Shown here in pieces: positions 1-9,108 of a DNA stretch of 30,258 nt. The position numbers and the translations under genes are program-made. The notes beneath the pieces are model-generated. The model searched no databases. It was not told the DNA's origin and worked only from the letters and a program-made list of their open reading frames with translations. Within the stretch, counting starts at the first letter, position 1, and each line of letters begins with the position of its first letter. The DNA is from a virus. Taxonomy: Duplodnaviria > Caudoviricetes. Where the stretch lies: the IMG/VR virus record IMGVR_UViG_3300031999_000146, positions 1 to 30,258 of that record. One strand, written 5' to 3'.

Positions 1-99
1 CACTATCTTTGCTGTTGTCCATTGTGTTGAATCTACACGCATGAATGAGCGTACTTGTTGTACGATTCCGAGGTTTGTTACTGTATCTGAAAATGGTGT
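1..99. repeat. Terminal overlap A, identical to 29988-30086
   Basis: Read directly: 99 bp exact match, diverging at 100 vs 30087. Confidence 0.97.
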
Positions 100-105
100 G
101 CTCAT
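1..105 (-). CDS. 5' part of head-tail adaptor gene (HNH-plus allele; continues at 29987 on the circle)
   Basis: ATG at 105 encodes MSTPFSDTVTNLG..., the same peptide as the start at 30092. Confidence 0.9.
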   Translation of the reverse strand, partial: MSTPFSDTVTNLGIVQQVRSFMRVDSTQWTTAKIV

Positions 106-106
106 T

Positions 107-559
107 TTATTTATTTAAATTGTTAGTTGATAAATCTCTTACTCTTATGTGTCTGTTCAAGTCATATTCATAATGGCATTTTGTACACAATCTTTTCCAG
201 TCTGAAATCTCCTTTTTGTATTCGCCACTTATATTAGCCCAATGAATTGATTTACCAGTTGCTATCTTTTCACAAGACTCACAACAATTAGGTTTACCCA
301 ATTTAGATTCTACCCATTTGTGTAGTTGCCTGTATTTATTCTCACTTCCTAATATTTGATGACCAATATGACCAGTATTTGGAAATCTAGTCGCTTTTCC
401 ATTTTCCAATCCTGTTCTATTGTCTTTGTTTGCTAAGCCAATCTTTGCTTTATGTTCTTCTGTAAGTTTAATACCTTTGTGCTTAGCACTGTATTGTTTT
501 TTTGTTTCTTCTGTCCAGAAACTTCCATGTCCTTTTTGAAATCCTTTTTTTCCTTTCAT
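107..559 (-). CDS. Free-standing HNH homing endonuclease with NUMOD3-like N-terminal repeats
   Basis: KGFQKGH / KLTEEHKAKIG NUMOD3-like motifs; CxxC...HWAN...LCxxCH HNH core; absent from the allele at 30087-30131; start moved to ATG 559 behind TGnTAAAAT. Confidence 0.85.
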   Translation of the reverse strand: MKGKKGFQKGHGSFWTEETKKQYSAKHKGIKLTEEHKAKIGLANKDNRTGLENGKATRFPNTGHIGHQILGSENKYRQLHKWVESKLGKPNCCESCEKIATGKSIHWANISGEYKKEISDWKRLCTKCHYEYDLNRHIRVRDLSTNNLNK

Positions 560-575
560 ATTATATATTTTATCA

Positions 576-1181
576 TCAAAAACAATATTCACCGATGTGC
601 TTCACGACTATTGTTGGGTCTATCCACGTCTTGTACCCTGCATCTCTCGCCACGTTACTAAACCAAGCGTCCTCTCCCATCGCAAGTGCTCCTTGTGAAT
701 CTCTACCGAAGTTGAACCAAGGGTTCTTCTTTCCGTCTGCACCGATACCAAATTTAGGGTCTTTGAATATATCTAAGTTGATAAGCATACAACCCATACC
801 TGCATAGTTTGCTTCGTATAGTTCTGTTTCATTTCTCTCTTCCATAGGCTTAAAAGTAGGTGTCAAAGGAAATTGTCGTTTGTTGTACTCACACGCAACG
901 ATTTCTTTATTGTGTGCAAGTAGTTTGTGGAGTGTAGACATCATAAAGTGCATGTCTGAATCTACAAATAAGATATGTGTACCTCCGTTTTTGATTGCTT
1001 CATTTACAAGCCATGTTCGTGAAGAAACAATGTCGCAAGATACACGAATAAGAAAGTCACTCACAATGTCTTTTGCTCCAAGGATAGTACAGCCGATAGC
1101 ATGTGCTGTCAGTGTCTTCATAGCTAATGAATCAGAACATGGTACTGCGATGATTACTTTTGTTTCTTTATTTGTTTTCAT
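576..1181 (-). CDS. GT-A fold (GT2-like) glycosyltransferase
   Basis: VIIAVP start, THILFVDSD (DxD), GMGCMLI, GED.WF...GYK.W.D...V.H motifs; start taken at MKTNKE because the longer ORF overlaps the upstream gene. Confidence 0.8.
   Translation of the reverse strand: MKTNKETKVIIAVPCSDSLAMKTLTAHAIGCTILGAKDIVSDFLIRVSCDIVSSRTWLVNEAIKNGGTHILFVDSDMHFMMSTLHKLLAHNKEIVACEYNKRQFPLTPTFKPMEERNETELYEANYAGMGCMLINLDIFKDPKFGIGADGKKNPWFNFGRDSQGALAMGEDAWFSNVARDAGYKTWIDPTIVVKHIGEYCF
601..727. repeat. Terminal overlap B, identical to 30132-30258
   Basis: Read directly: 127 bp exact match. Confidence 0.97.
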
Positions 1182-1183
1182 AT

Positions 1184-1207
1184 CCCAGTCCCCATAAAGG
1201 GACTGAG
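1184..1207 (-). terminator. Hairpin downstream of capsid/cement genes, abutting the glycosyltransferase start
   Basis: Minus strand CTCAGTCCCT-TTAT-GGGGACTGGG stem with G-U pairs; no clear U-tract, so may be a stabilising or attenuating hairpin. Confidence 0.5.
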
Positions 1208-1219
1208 TATGAGAGCAAA

Positions 1220-1663
1220 TTAACCTTGTGCTACAAAGTAGAAGAGAGTAATCTCTACTACTCCTGCTGTAAAGGCGAAAGAAGCGATTGAAACAGTGAT
1301 GTTTCCTGCTGCTGTCAATTTTACTGGTGTTGCAAACGTTGGTACTGCATTGATTCGTGCATCTAATGAAAGCGAAGCTACTGCTGTCGCTCCAAGAATA
1401 GATGTTGTTGATGAACCTGCTGAAGTTCCTACTGAGAGTGTTCCTGCTCCTGAAGATGTACACGCTGCTGTAGAGTTGATTGTTCCTCCTACAATGATAG
1501 CGTTATCTGGAAGACTGAATCCTCGTCTAGGTACTATAGTTGAGATTGCACCTCCATCTACAGCGAAGCTGTAAACTGCTTTTGCTGTTTGCAATTCTCC
1601 ACCTGTTGCTTGTCTTGCAGCTTGTACTGACAAGTCTGCGTCTGGGTTTGTTGTGTTAGACAT
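1220..1663 (-). CDS. Putative capsid decoration/cement protein
   Basis: Small A/T/G/S-rich beta protein directly after the major capsid gene. Confidence 0.55.
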   Translation of the reverse strand: MSNTTNPDADLSVQAARQATGGELQTAKAVYSFAVDGGAISTIVPRRGFSLPDNAIIVGGTINSTAACTSSGAGTLSVGTSAGSSTTSILGATAVASLSLDARINAVPTFATPVKLTAAGNITVSIASFAFTAGVVEITLFYFVAQG

Positions 1664-1687
1664 AATTATTATGTATTAGGTTAATAA

Positions 1688-2587
1688 TTAAGCTACGTTC
1701 ACGTCAAAGATTACAGGAAGAAGGTTAGTTGGTACTAGGAATCCATAGTCAAGTCGTGTGTGAATTTGTGTTCCTGAAAGTGAACCTGCTGTTGAAGAAG
1801 CTGGCATTTCATTTACATAAGTTCGTCCGTAAGTTGATTTCAAGATACCGAATTTTTGTACTCCTCGTACTCCAGCCATCAAGTGGTTAGCTGCGTGTGA
1901 AGTTGAAACGTAGTGGTACAGTCCAAGATAATCTACTCCGATAGAACCTCCGTCTGACAATGATTTGTCAGCCATTGAGAATCCGTTAGCTTGCATGAAA
2001 GTAGTCATGAATGTCCAGTCTGCTGGTCGCCATACGATGAATCCACCATTTTCTTTGTAGAGGTTGAATCCGTTAGCTACGTAAACTTGTTCAATAACTC
2101 CTCGTACAATATCATCAACGTTAGATGCTGATACTGTTAGGTTTGTTGTTGAAAGTCCTACTGCTCCTGCTCCAGCATCTCCGATGTTTGTCCAAGCTGC
2201 GTGTTGAGCAAGAGATAGAGTTTCTGCTCGTTCTCCTACTTTCTTTCCAAGTAAGTTACCCATTTCTGCCATTTTAGCGTAGTTTGATTGTGCTTGGTCT
2301 GCGTAGTCCAAGTATACTGAATCAATTTCAGCTGTAACGATTGATAGAGTTTGGTTTGTTTCTGTAACATCAATGAAAGGGATAACATTAGATAATGTTG
2401 AACGCCCTGCAGCTGTGTTAGTTAGAGTTGCTACTGCTGGTTCGTTAGAAGTAGAAACTAGAGGAAAGTTGTAAGTTTGTGTGTCTGTATAAACAACATC
2501 GTTTACTTCTTTCCAGTTTTGTGGTTTGTCCAATCGTTGTGCGAGTTTGTTTTCCCATAACGCTTGGTAAATAATTGTGTTTGCCAT
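1688..2587 (-). CDS. Major capsid protein (HK97 fold, P22-coat-like)
   Basis: 299 aa after scaffold; N-terminal YQALWENKL, C-terminal RLDYGF motif; synteny. Confidence 0.8.
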   Translation of the reverse strand: MANTIIYQALWENKLAQRLDKPQNWKEVNDVVYTDTQTYNFPLVSTSNEPAVATLTNTAAGRSTLSNVIPFIDVTETNQTLSIVTAEIDSVYLDYADQAQSNYAKMAEMGNLLGKKVGERAETLSLAQHAAWTNIGDAGAGAVGLSTTNLTVSASNVDDIVRGVIEQVYVANGFNLYKENGGFIVWRPADWTFMTTFMQANGFSMADKSLSDGGSIGVDYLGLYHYVSTSHAANHLMAGVRGVQKFGILKSTYGRTYVNEMPASSTAGSLSGTQIHTRLDYGFLVPTNLLPVIFDVNVA

Positions 2588-2626
2588 GTTTTATAATTGT
2601 TTTAAATAATTTAATGGCTAACGATT

Positions 2627-3175
2627 CTATTGCCAACTTGGTTTGTTTCTGTGACCTTTATCTACAAAGGCGTTGATAACTGCCGACCTCGTTGCGAAAT
2701 CAGTAGGTAGTACACCTGTTGCTTCATATTTGGCTACAGCCGATGCGATATCATTAGTTTGATTACCACCTCGTTTGCTTCCACTTGGCATAGCTTCTTG
2801 AACTTCTCGTGCTGTCTTATTAGATTGAAGTTTTGAAGTAACATAATCATCTCGTAGTGCTTCTCGTACAGTTTTACCTGTTTTTTGAACGAAAGTTTCC
2901 ACAATCTTAATGTCTTCTGCTTCATAAACTCCTTTTACATCTAAGTAATTGAGCTGTGCATCATTCAATTCGTTAGCTTCGCTTGGAACAGCCTTAGTTT
3001 CACCTGACTTCCTCAATTCCTTGACTTGTCTTTTGAGTGAACCTTGAGTTTGTTGAAATTTCTCCCATTCTGATTTAGACATGGTAATCTTTTCCTCCTC
3101 AAGTTCTAATTCTAGTTCTTCTGCTTGTTCGTCTGTTTCAATGAACTGTTCTTCGTTGTTTGTTTCATTATCCAT
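2627..3175 (-). CDS. Scaffolding protein
   Basis: Acidic N-terminus, coiled coil, between portal and capsid. Confidence 0.7.
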   Translation of the reverse strand: MDNETNNEEQFIETDEQAEELELELEEEKITMSKSEWEKFQQTQGSLKRQVKELRKSGETKAVPSEANELNDAQLNYLDVKGVYEAEDIKIVETFVQKTGKTVREALRDDYVTSKLQSNKTAREVQEAMPSGSKRGGNQTNDIASAVAKYEATGVLPTDFATRSAVINAFVDKGHRNKPSWQ

Positions 3176-3258
3176 AATGATATGTTGTTTGTTTAGTTTT
3201 CTTTAAATAAAGAATAATTTTTAATGTTCCTTTTGGAAGGTAGAATAACCAATTTCTT

Positions 3259-3498
3259 CTAGCGTGCCTGATTTATCTTCTCTTGTTCTGGTGCTTTTGT
3301 CTTGAAACTATCTATCTCTCGAAAGACATCTTCAATGTTTTGCTTACCTGTTATGGAAGACCTTAACATTTGTCCAAGAAGAACATCATCTTTGGCATCT
3401 ACTGTAGTAATTATATCAAATTTAGATAACAGTGTATATTTTAACAAGTCAAAAAGCATTTTATTGTCTGCTATTATCTTGAATAGTTGTTTATCCAT
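3259..3498 (-). CDS. Hypothetical head-module protein
   Basis: ORF coupled to the portal stop (TAATG). Confidence 0.65.
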   Translation of the reverse strand: MDKQLFKIIADNKMLFDLLKYTLLSKFDIITTVDAKDDVLLGQMLRSSITGKQNIEDVFREIDSFKTKAPEQEKINQAR

Positions 3499-5300
3499 TA
3501 CATTGTTGGTGTTAGTGGTGGTTGTTCTGCTGATACTGGTGCTCCTTGTGGTTGTGTTGCTTGTACTTGTTCTGCTGTGATACCTGAGAAGTCTGCTGGG
3601 TCTAGTCCTGATGATTCTAGAATATCGTTGAAGATTTTAGCAATAGGTGGAAGTGTAAGCACTTGTGGATTTACAATGATTTGTCTAAAGATGTTCACGA
3701 GTTTATCTGTTCGAGCTGATAGGTCTTTTGACTTACCTTTCACAGATACTTTAACTGCAAGTGGAGCGTCTTTGAACTCACCTTTTAATATATCAATGAA
3801 CTTCTTGTTACCACCCTTACTAAACTCTTTCTTTGCTACTTCTACCATGAGTTTGATTTGGTCTGGGTTCACTTCTTCTCCTGCAAGTACCATGTTCTTA
3901 ATAGTTTGGTTTGCTTGGTTGATAGCAACTCTTTCTGCTACATATTGCATGTCTTCAAGTGAAAGCTCTGAAAGGAACTTAGCACCTTCACAGATTTTCT
4001 TTTGAATGTGAGGGATAATCCAGTCTTTGTATACTTCTTCAATGTGTTTAGCGAATTGTCCTCTTCGATATTCATGTAGTCCATGAGCTTCTGATGTAAC
4101 AAGTTCTTGTAGTTTAAATGGTGTACCTGCTGTTGGATTGTTACCCATGATTGAATCATTGGCTGCTCCCATTTGTTGTGCATGTGCTTCCCATTGTGCT
4201 ACTGAGTTGTCAAAGAGTGCCATGTTTCGAGGGAATGTATCTACTTGTCCCAAGTCCCCACCTTCTCCTAAGTCCATAATCTCTAGGTTCTCTAGGTCTG
4301 TAAGCTTTTGTCCTGCTACCTTTCCACTGTTTGGGCCAACAGCTTTAAGGATAGTGATTGATGCTGCATCTAACATAGCTTGCATACGAATCATGTCGTA
4401 GTTTACCCATACTTGTGCTTCAAATAGTTCTTCTGCTCCTCCAAATCCTAATGCTCTACCATATACTGGGTCACGTTTAATGAGTTTGAATGGGCTCTTT
4501 GATTCTGGTTTTGTGTATAGAATAACTCCTTGCTTCTCTAGTCCTGATTTAGGTGTATAGAAAGCAACAATGAAGATTTGTGATTCATATTCTCCTGATT
4601 CGTCCATAGGGTCTGCAAATCGTTTAGGTAAGTTTCCATGTACTTCAAAGATTTCAATGTATCGTCCTGTTGTCTTAGCGTGTCCATCGTTCGTGTTGTC
4701 GTTTTTCTTCTCTGAGCGTGAGAGTGCAATCAAGTCTTTAAGTGAGATAGTTGCTCCATTTGATTCTTCACCCCACCCTGCCTTCTTCATATCCATGAGT
4801 TGGTCTGGTGAGTAGTAGTGTCTGATTCCTAGAGGGCCTGAAAGCATGTCTGTTTGGTCACAGAAAGCGATAGATTGTAGTGCAACAACTTCTGGTGCTG
4901 GTTTGTTTAGTTTCTTTGAAAGTCCTGCTCCAAAGTCTATTCGTGATACGTTCAATTCATCTAAGTATGTATCAATGTCGTTCTCTTGTACAAAAACATC
5001 ATCGTGGTACTTCTTCACCAAGAATGAAAGGTGATACTTCTCTGGGTTGTTTACATAGATTTGTACATCTTTCATCTCTAAGTCTTCTGTTCGGTGCTGT
5101 AGATTCAAAATAGGTCGTGTGATGTTCTTCACTGGTTTAAAATCATTCTTCCCTGTAAGAAGTTGTGAGTTTGTATAAAGCTCAGTTGTCTTGATGTGGT
5201 CTTTCATTGACCAGTTCCAAGAATCGTTAATAGGAATAGCCTGCTTGTAGTTAGCTTCCTGTGTGATTATATAATTAAATATGTTTTTATCTTCGTCCAT
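3498..5300 (-). CDS. Portal protein
   Basis: 600 aa, downstream of TerL, helical, P22-like size and position. Confidence 0.8.
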   Translation of the reverse strand: MDEDKNIFNYIITQEANYKQAIPINDSWNWSMKDHIKTTELYTNSQLLTGKNDFKPVKNITRPILNLQHRTEDLEMKDVQIYVNNPEKYHLSFLVKKYHDDVFVQENDIDTYLDELNVSRIDFGAGLSKKLNKPAPEVVALQSIAFCDQTDMLSGPLGIRHYYSPDQLMDMKKAGWGEESNGATISLKDLIALSRSEKKNDNTNDGHAKTTGRYIEIFEVHGNLPKRFADPMDESGEYESQIFIVAFYTPKSGLEKQGVILYTKPESKSPFKLIKRDPVYGRALGFGGAEELFEAQVWVNYDMIRMQAMLDAASITILKAVGPNSGKVAGQKLTDLENLEIMDLGEGGDLGQVDTFPRNMALFDNSVAQWEAHAQQMGAANDSIMGNNPTAGTPFKLQELVTSEAHGLHEYRRGQFAKHIEEVYKDWIIPHIQKKICEGAKFLSELSLEDMQYVAERVAINQANQTIKNMVLAGEEVNPDQIKLMVEVAKKEFSKGGNKKFIDILKGEFKDAPLAVKVSVKGKSKDLSARTDKLVNIFRQIIVNPQVLTLPPIAKIFNDILESSGLDPADFSGITAEQVQATQPQGAPVSAEQPPLTPTM

Positions 5301-5542
5301 TATAATATTCCTAATATGTTAGTTTCTGATACAACGTAGTGTACAACATTATCTATCTCAAACTCGTCAAAACCGAATTTAGAAAAGAGAATGTTATCTC
5401 CTTTCTTGATTATATCATTTCCTACCACCACTGTGCCAGTAACTGGCTTCTCTTTAGGGTCACCTAGCATGATTCCTGATGATGTTTCGTTTGGTAGCTC
5501 TGTTGGTTTAACTAAAATTCTATTGTTGAGTGGTTTAAACAT
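5300..5542 (-). CDS. groES: Co-chaperonin GroES-like (short, 80 aa)
   Basis: KPLNNRILVK, TSSGIML mobile loop, GTVVVG, KKGD.ILFSKFG, E..ILGI. Confidence 0.92.
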   Translation of the reverse strand: MFKPLNNRILVKPTELPNETSSGIMLGDPKEKPVTGTVVVGNDIIKKGDNILFSKFGFDEFEIDNVVHYVVSETNILGIL

Positions 5543-5720
5543 AGATGATGTGTGTACGTTGTCTTTGTTCTAGTACTAATAAATTTTCAAACTTTCTCTT
5601 TCCATAGTCCCCCATTGTTCTCCAAGATACCCCCTGATAACTCGCCTTCTTTGTATCAACTTCAACTACCTTCAAATCAGATACTACTCGCTCTGCGATA
5701 ATGGCAAAGTCTGGCTTCAT
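5535..5720 (-). CDS. Hypothetical protein
   Basis: Overlap-coupled to both neighbours. Confidence 0.6.
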   Translation of the reverse strand: MKPDFAIIAERVVSDLKVVEVDTKKASYQGVSWRTMGDYGKRKFENLLVLEQRQRTHIIYV

Positions 5721-6001
5721 TTAAGCAAGTATTCTAATTGTTTGCTCATAATCCCTTGTGCAAGAGGAAAGAATAGGCGTTTAACCTTCATAGGTATCCA
5801 TGTTGTCTTCATTGATTTCTTTCCATAAGTAAGTTCAATGTTTGCTTTAGTGAATATCTTTATAGGTTTCTTAATAGATTGGAGTGCTTCAAGTACAGTT
5901 GTTCCTTTACCTTTTAACACTTGGTCTGCAAGGTTTATTGTTAATACAAATTCTGGTGCTTTCGTTTCTTTTGGAGTTGTTGCTTTTTTTGCTATTGCCA
6001 T
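5717..6001 (-). CDS. Hypothetical basic protein
   Basis: ORF with extended -10 (TGATATAAT) 7 nt upstream of ATG. Confidence 0.7.
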   Translation of the reverse strand: MAIAKKATTPKETKAPEFVLTINLADQVLKGKGTTVLEALQSIKKPIKIFTKANIELTYGKKSMKTTWIPMKVKRLFFPLAQGIMSKQLEYLLK

Positions 6002-6037
6002 ATAGTTGATTATATCATATTAAATTGTTTGTATACA

Positions 6038-7261
6038 CTATCTCGCTGGGTTCTTCCTATGTTCATTCGGTCTTCTAAACACTGGTGGTAAATCTCTTTG
6101 AGTATTGTGCATTGAGAGTGCGTATCGAAGTGCATCTAGTGCATGGTCGTTCTCTTTGATTGGGTTCTCCTCTTCATTCCTTCCAAACTTTCTCTCTGGG
6201 TATGCGTATGTTTCTAACTCATAGATTAGGTTCTGACATGATTCATGTACTCGTAGTCTTCCTGTCTTGAATAGTTCTTTAACTGTGTTGATTCCATTTC
6301 TCACTGAATCAGCGTTCTTAATCACTTGTCTTACATTTACACCACGCTTCTTGAACTCAAGTATTCCTGATGCACTCTCTGGGTCTGGGTAACATTCGTC
6401 CCACTTCATTGATGCCACATAGTCTGCTTGTTCTGCATCTGTAAGTCCTCTGACATAGAACTCGTCCCATACATAGAAGTTGCTATCTCTGTCCTTCTTA
6501 ATAGTGATAGAAGCACAAGGGTTGTGTGTACCGAAGTCATGTCCTCCAAAGGTCTTAACCCATACCTTCTCTGGATAGTCTTTGAATACATGAAAGGCTC
6601 GTTGGAACTCTTTGTATACCAGTCCTTCTTGTTTACGGAAGTCTGCCATGTACTCTTGAGCGAATCTATCCTCTGTTGACTTACTTCGTGTGTTCTCTAG
6701 TTCTTCCTTATCAAGGAATGGGTTGTCATATGATGAGAAGTTGAATGACTTGAAGTCCTCGTCTTTAGCTTCGAAGTTATATAAATCATAGAAGTGATTG
6801 AATCCTTTAGGTGTAGAGATAAACATAGCCTGTCCCTTTCTAAAGGTTAATGTAGCGAGTAGAACCTCTTGCCATGACAGCCAGAAGTTTCTCATTGAAG
6901 CTACCTCATCTAGTATGATTAAATCAAACTGCTGTCCTCGTAGTGTTTCAACTGCTTCCCAACCTCTCAGCTTAATGATAGATGTACCACCTACAAGGTT
7001 CTGTACCTCAATCTCAAGTGAGGGTGCTTCTTTAATCTTTATGGTTATGCCTTTGAGTTCATTCTTGAGCATAACCCATGCAATATCTCTGGCCTGTTGG
7101 ATAGTTGGTGCTATATAAACAATACTAGCGTTCTTGGAGAGGGCTACTCCCTTTATCTCCTCTATTGCTAGAGTTGTCTTACCAAACTGTCTACCACAGT
7201 TCACTACTCTAAATCTGTGAGTGTCTGATGCTATTTCATTTTGAGCTTTGTGTAGTAGCAT
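6038..7261 (-). CDS. terL: Terminase large subunit
   Basis: Walker A CGRQFGKT, LRG..FDLIILDE Walker B, ISTPKG, DFG and DHALDALRY nuclease motifs. Confidence 0.97.
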   Translation of the reverse strand: MLLHKAQNEIASDTHRFRVVNCGRQFGKTTLAIEEIKGVALSKNASIVYIAPTIQQARDIAWVMLKNELKGITIKIKEAPSLEIEVQNLVGGTSIIKLRGWEAVETLRGQQFDLIILDEVASMRNFWLSWQEVLLATLTFRKGQAMFISTPKGFNHFYDLYNFEAKDEDFKSFNFSSYDNPFLDKEELENTRSKSTEDRFAQEYMADFRKQEGLVYKEFQRAFHVFKDYPEKVWVKTFGGHDFGTHNPCASITIKKDRDSNFYVWDEFYVRGLTDAEQADYVASMKWDECYPDPESASGILEFKKRGVNVRQVIKNADSVRNGINTVKELFKTGRLRVHESCQNLIYELETYAYPERKFGRNEEENPIKENDHALDALRYALSMHNTQRDLPPVFRRPNEHRKNPAR

Positions 7262-7554
7262 TATGGTTTTATTCCATTCTTCTTAGCAATAGCTTCTGAT
7301 ATTTCAATAGTGAGTGTTCCTTTCACTTCTTGTTCTATATCTTGCTTAAAGTTACCCTCTGCCATCTTCCAAACATCTAGCTTGTTAAGTCCTGCAAAGT
7401 ATTCCTCTGCTTCTTCATCAGATAATCCTTCAAGATATTCTCTTGCTCTAGCTTTTAAAGACTTAGTGCCTTTCTTCTTTCCTCCAGGGTTACCACTCTG
7501 TCCTTTCTTGAATAACCATGGTCTGCTATTTGACTGTTCCTGAGTTTCGTCCAT
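7261..7554 (-). CDS. terS: Terminase small subunit (DUF5681-like)
   Basis: FKKGQSGNPGG motif, immediately upstream of TerL. Confidence 0.8.
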   Translation of the reverse strand: MDETQEQSNSRPWLFKKGQSGNPGGKKKGTKSLKARAREYLEGLSDEEAEEYFAGLNKLDVWKMAEGNFKQDIEQEVKGTLTIEISEAIAKKNGIKP

Positions 7555-7555
7555 A

Positions 7556-8878
7556 TTATTTAGTGTTATCTCTTTTAACTACTGAGATTCTTCCTACCTC
7601 TACAAGACCACAAGCTATACTCACTGCTGTTTCTAATGAAGCAATAAGTGATTCTGCTGTGTCATATACCTCTTTGAGATACTTCTTACCATTTTGTTCT
7701 AGTACCTCTCGTGGTTTTTGTAATGCCTTGTTTAAAATAGGTGATGACGTTTTAATCGTTTTATATGTCATACCTCCTCCTAGTATTATACCATTTGGAG
7801 ATGACAGTGCTATCTTCGTAGCTCCTACTGCGTCTTCTACTTTCTCTCTTACTGTGAACTGTTCATTCTTAGTTGGACTACCAACTTTAATTACTGCTGA
7901 TTGAGTGCCTTCAACAGTTTTCTTTCCAATAAGAGAAGTCTTTTCTTTAGTTGCTACTGCTGACTTAGCTAGTCCGAAGTGTTCCTTTGTAATTGGTCCA
8001 AGTTTAGGGTCGTGGATTGTACTATCAGTAAGCTCTGCTATCTTGTTCATAATCTCAAACTTCTCATCACCAAATCCTGCGTTGTTTACCAGTAGTGGAT
8101 TGAATACTCCATTAACTTTGTTCATAGCTATGATTGAGAGTACTTGGTCACTGAAGCTGTCTGCAAAGATAACGAACTCTCGTTTAGGTGACTTCATAAT
8201 CAACTCTAGTATCGGTATAAGTTGTTGTGGAGTTTGTAGTGCATCATTCACAATGATTATATATGGTTTATCCAATACTACTTTATCTCCTCTATTGGCT
8301 AGGTGTGTTGAGATATATCCTGCTGGCACTTCATACCCTGATGCTATCTCATAAGAGGTTGTCATATCCTCTGAATCCTCTATGTGTATGATTCCAGTTA
8401 TGCCTACCTTTGATACTACCTCTGATACTATCTTTGAAATGTCTTTGTTGTTGTATGCACTATAAGCCACCTTCTCAAGGTCACCTTTGCCTTTAATTTG
8501 TTTTGTCTTTTTAAGAATCTGTCCTTTAAAGTCTTCTAGTCCTTTACGAACTTCAAGTACATTGTCGTGTTCGTTTCCTTTAGCGAGCATTTCCTTTACC
8601 AGTGCAGACATAAGAATTGCTGAAGTAGTTGTTCCGTCTTGGATTCTTTCGTTTGTTTGTTTAGTTGTTTCCTTAATGTATTCAATGATTGCTTGTTCTG
8701 CATCATCTTCTAATTCAAAATGTTCTGAGCCAATCTTTCCATCATCTACTGCTTTGATTCCATTAGCCCCTATCAATATAGTCTTTCCTACTGGACCGTA
8801 TGTTGGTGTTATGAAGTCTAAATATTTGTCTATGGCTGATAATATTATTTCTTTTGGGTTGCTGTATATTATTTTCAT
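7556..8878 (-). CDS. groEL: Chaperonin GroEL-like, internally reduced (440 aa)
   Basis: TYGPVG, DDG, DGTTT, GYIS, AGFGD, AVIKVG, EKVEDAVGATK, GIILGGG motifs. Confidence 0.9.
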   Translation of the reverse strand: MKIIYSNPKEIILSAIDKYLDFITPTYGPVGKTILIGANGIKAVDDGKIGSEHFELEDDAEQAIIEYIKETTKQTNERIQDGTTTSAILMSALVKEMLAKGNEHDNVLEVRKGLEDFKGQILKKTKQIKGKGDLEKVAYSAYNNKDISKIVSEVVSKVGITGIIHIEDSEDMTTSYEIASGYEVPAGYISTHLANRGDKVVLDKPYIIIVNDALQTPQQLIPILELIMKSPKREFVIFADSFSDQVLSIIAMNKVNGVFNPLLVNNAGFGDEKFEIMNKIAELTDSTIHDPKLGPITKEHFGLAKSAVATKEKTSLIGKKTVEGTQSAVIKVGSPTKNEQFTVREKVEDAVGATKIALSSPNGIILGGGMTYKTIKTSSPILNKALQKPREVLEQNGKKYLKEVYDTAESLIASLETAVSIACGLVEVGRISVVKRDNTK

Positions 8879-9108
8879 ATTAAGGTTTCTTTATGCTTAG
8901 CGACTAATTCTTTAAATTCATCTGTAAATGTTAATGTGTATCGGTTAGTATATTTAGGCTTCTTTCCTTTACCTCCCTTACCAAATATTTCACCTTTTCG
9001 TGCTGGCTTTTCTTTCAACTCTGCATATTTATCTTTGAGCCTACCTTGTGCAGCGATTCTCTGAGCAAGTAGTTTGTATTGTTTTGTTGTTAGTCCTAGT
9101 GGTATCAT
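8875..9108 (-). CDS. Hypothetical basic protein
   Basis: ATGA-type overlap coupling with neighbours. Confidence 0.6.
   Translation of the reverse strand: MIPLGLTTKQYKLLAQRIAAQGRLKDKYAELKEKPARKGEIFGKGGKGKKPKYTNRYTLTFTDEFKELVAKHKETLI

Noticed and set aside
1182-1463. N-terminal 94 aa of the 295-aa ORF
   Set aside because: Out-of-frame overlap with the decoration gene and crosses a hairpin; no frameshift signal identified
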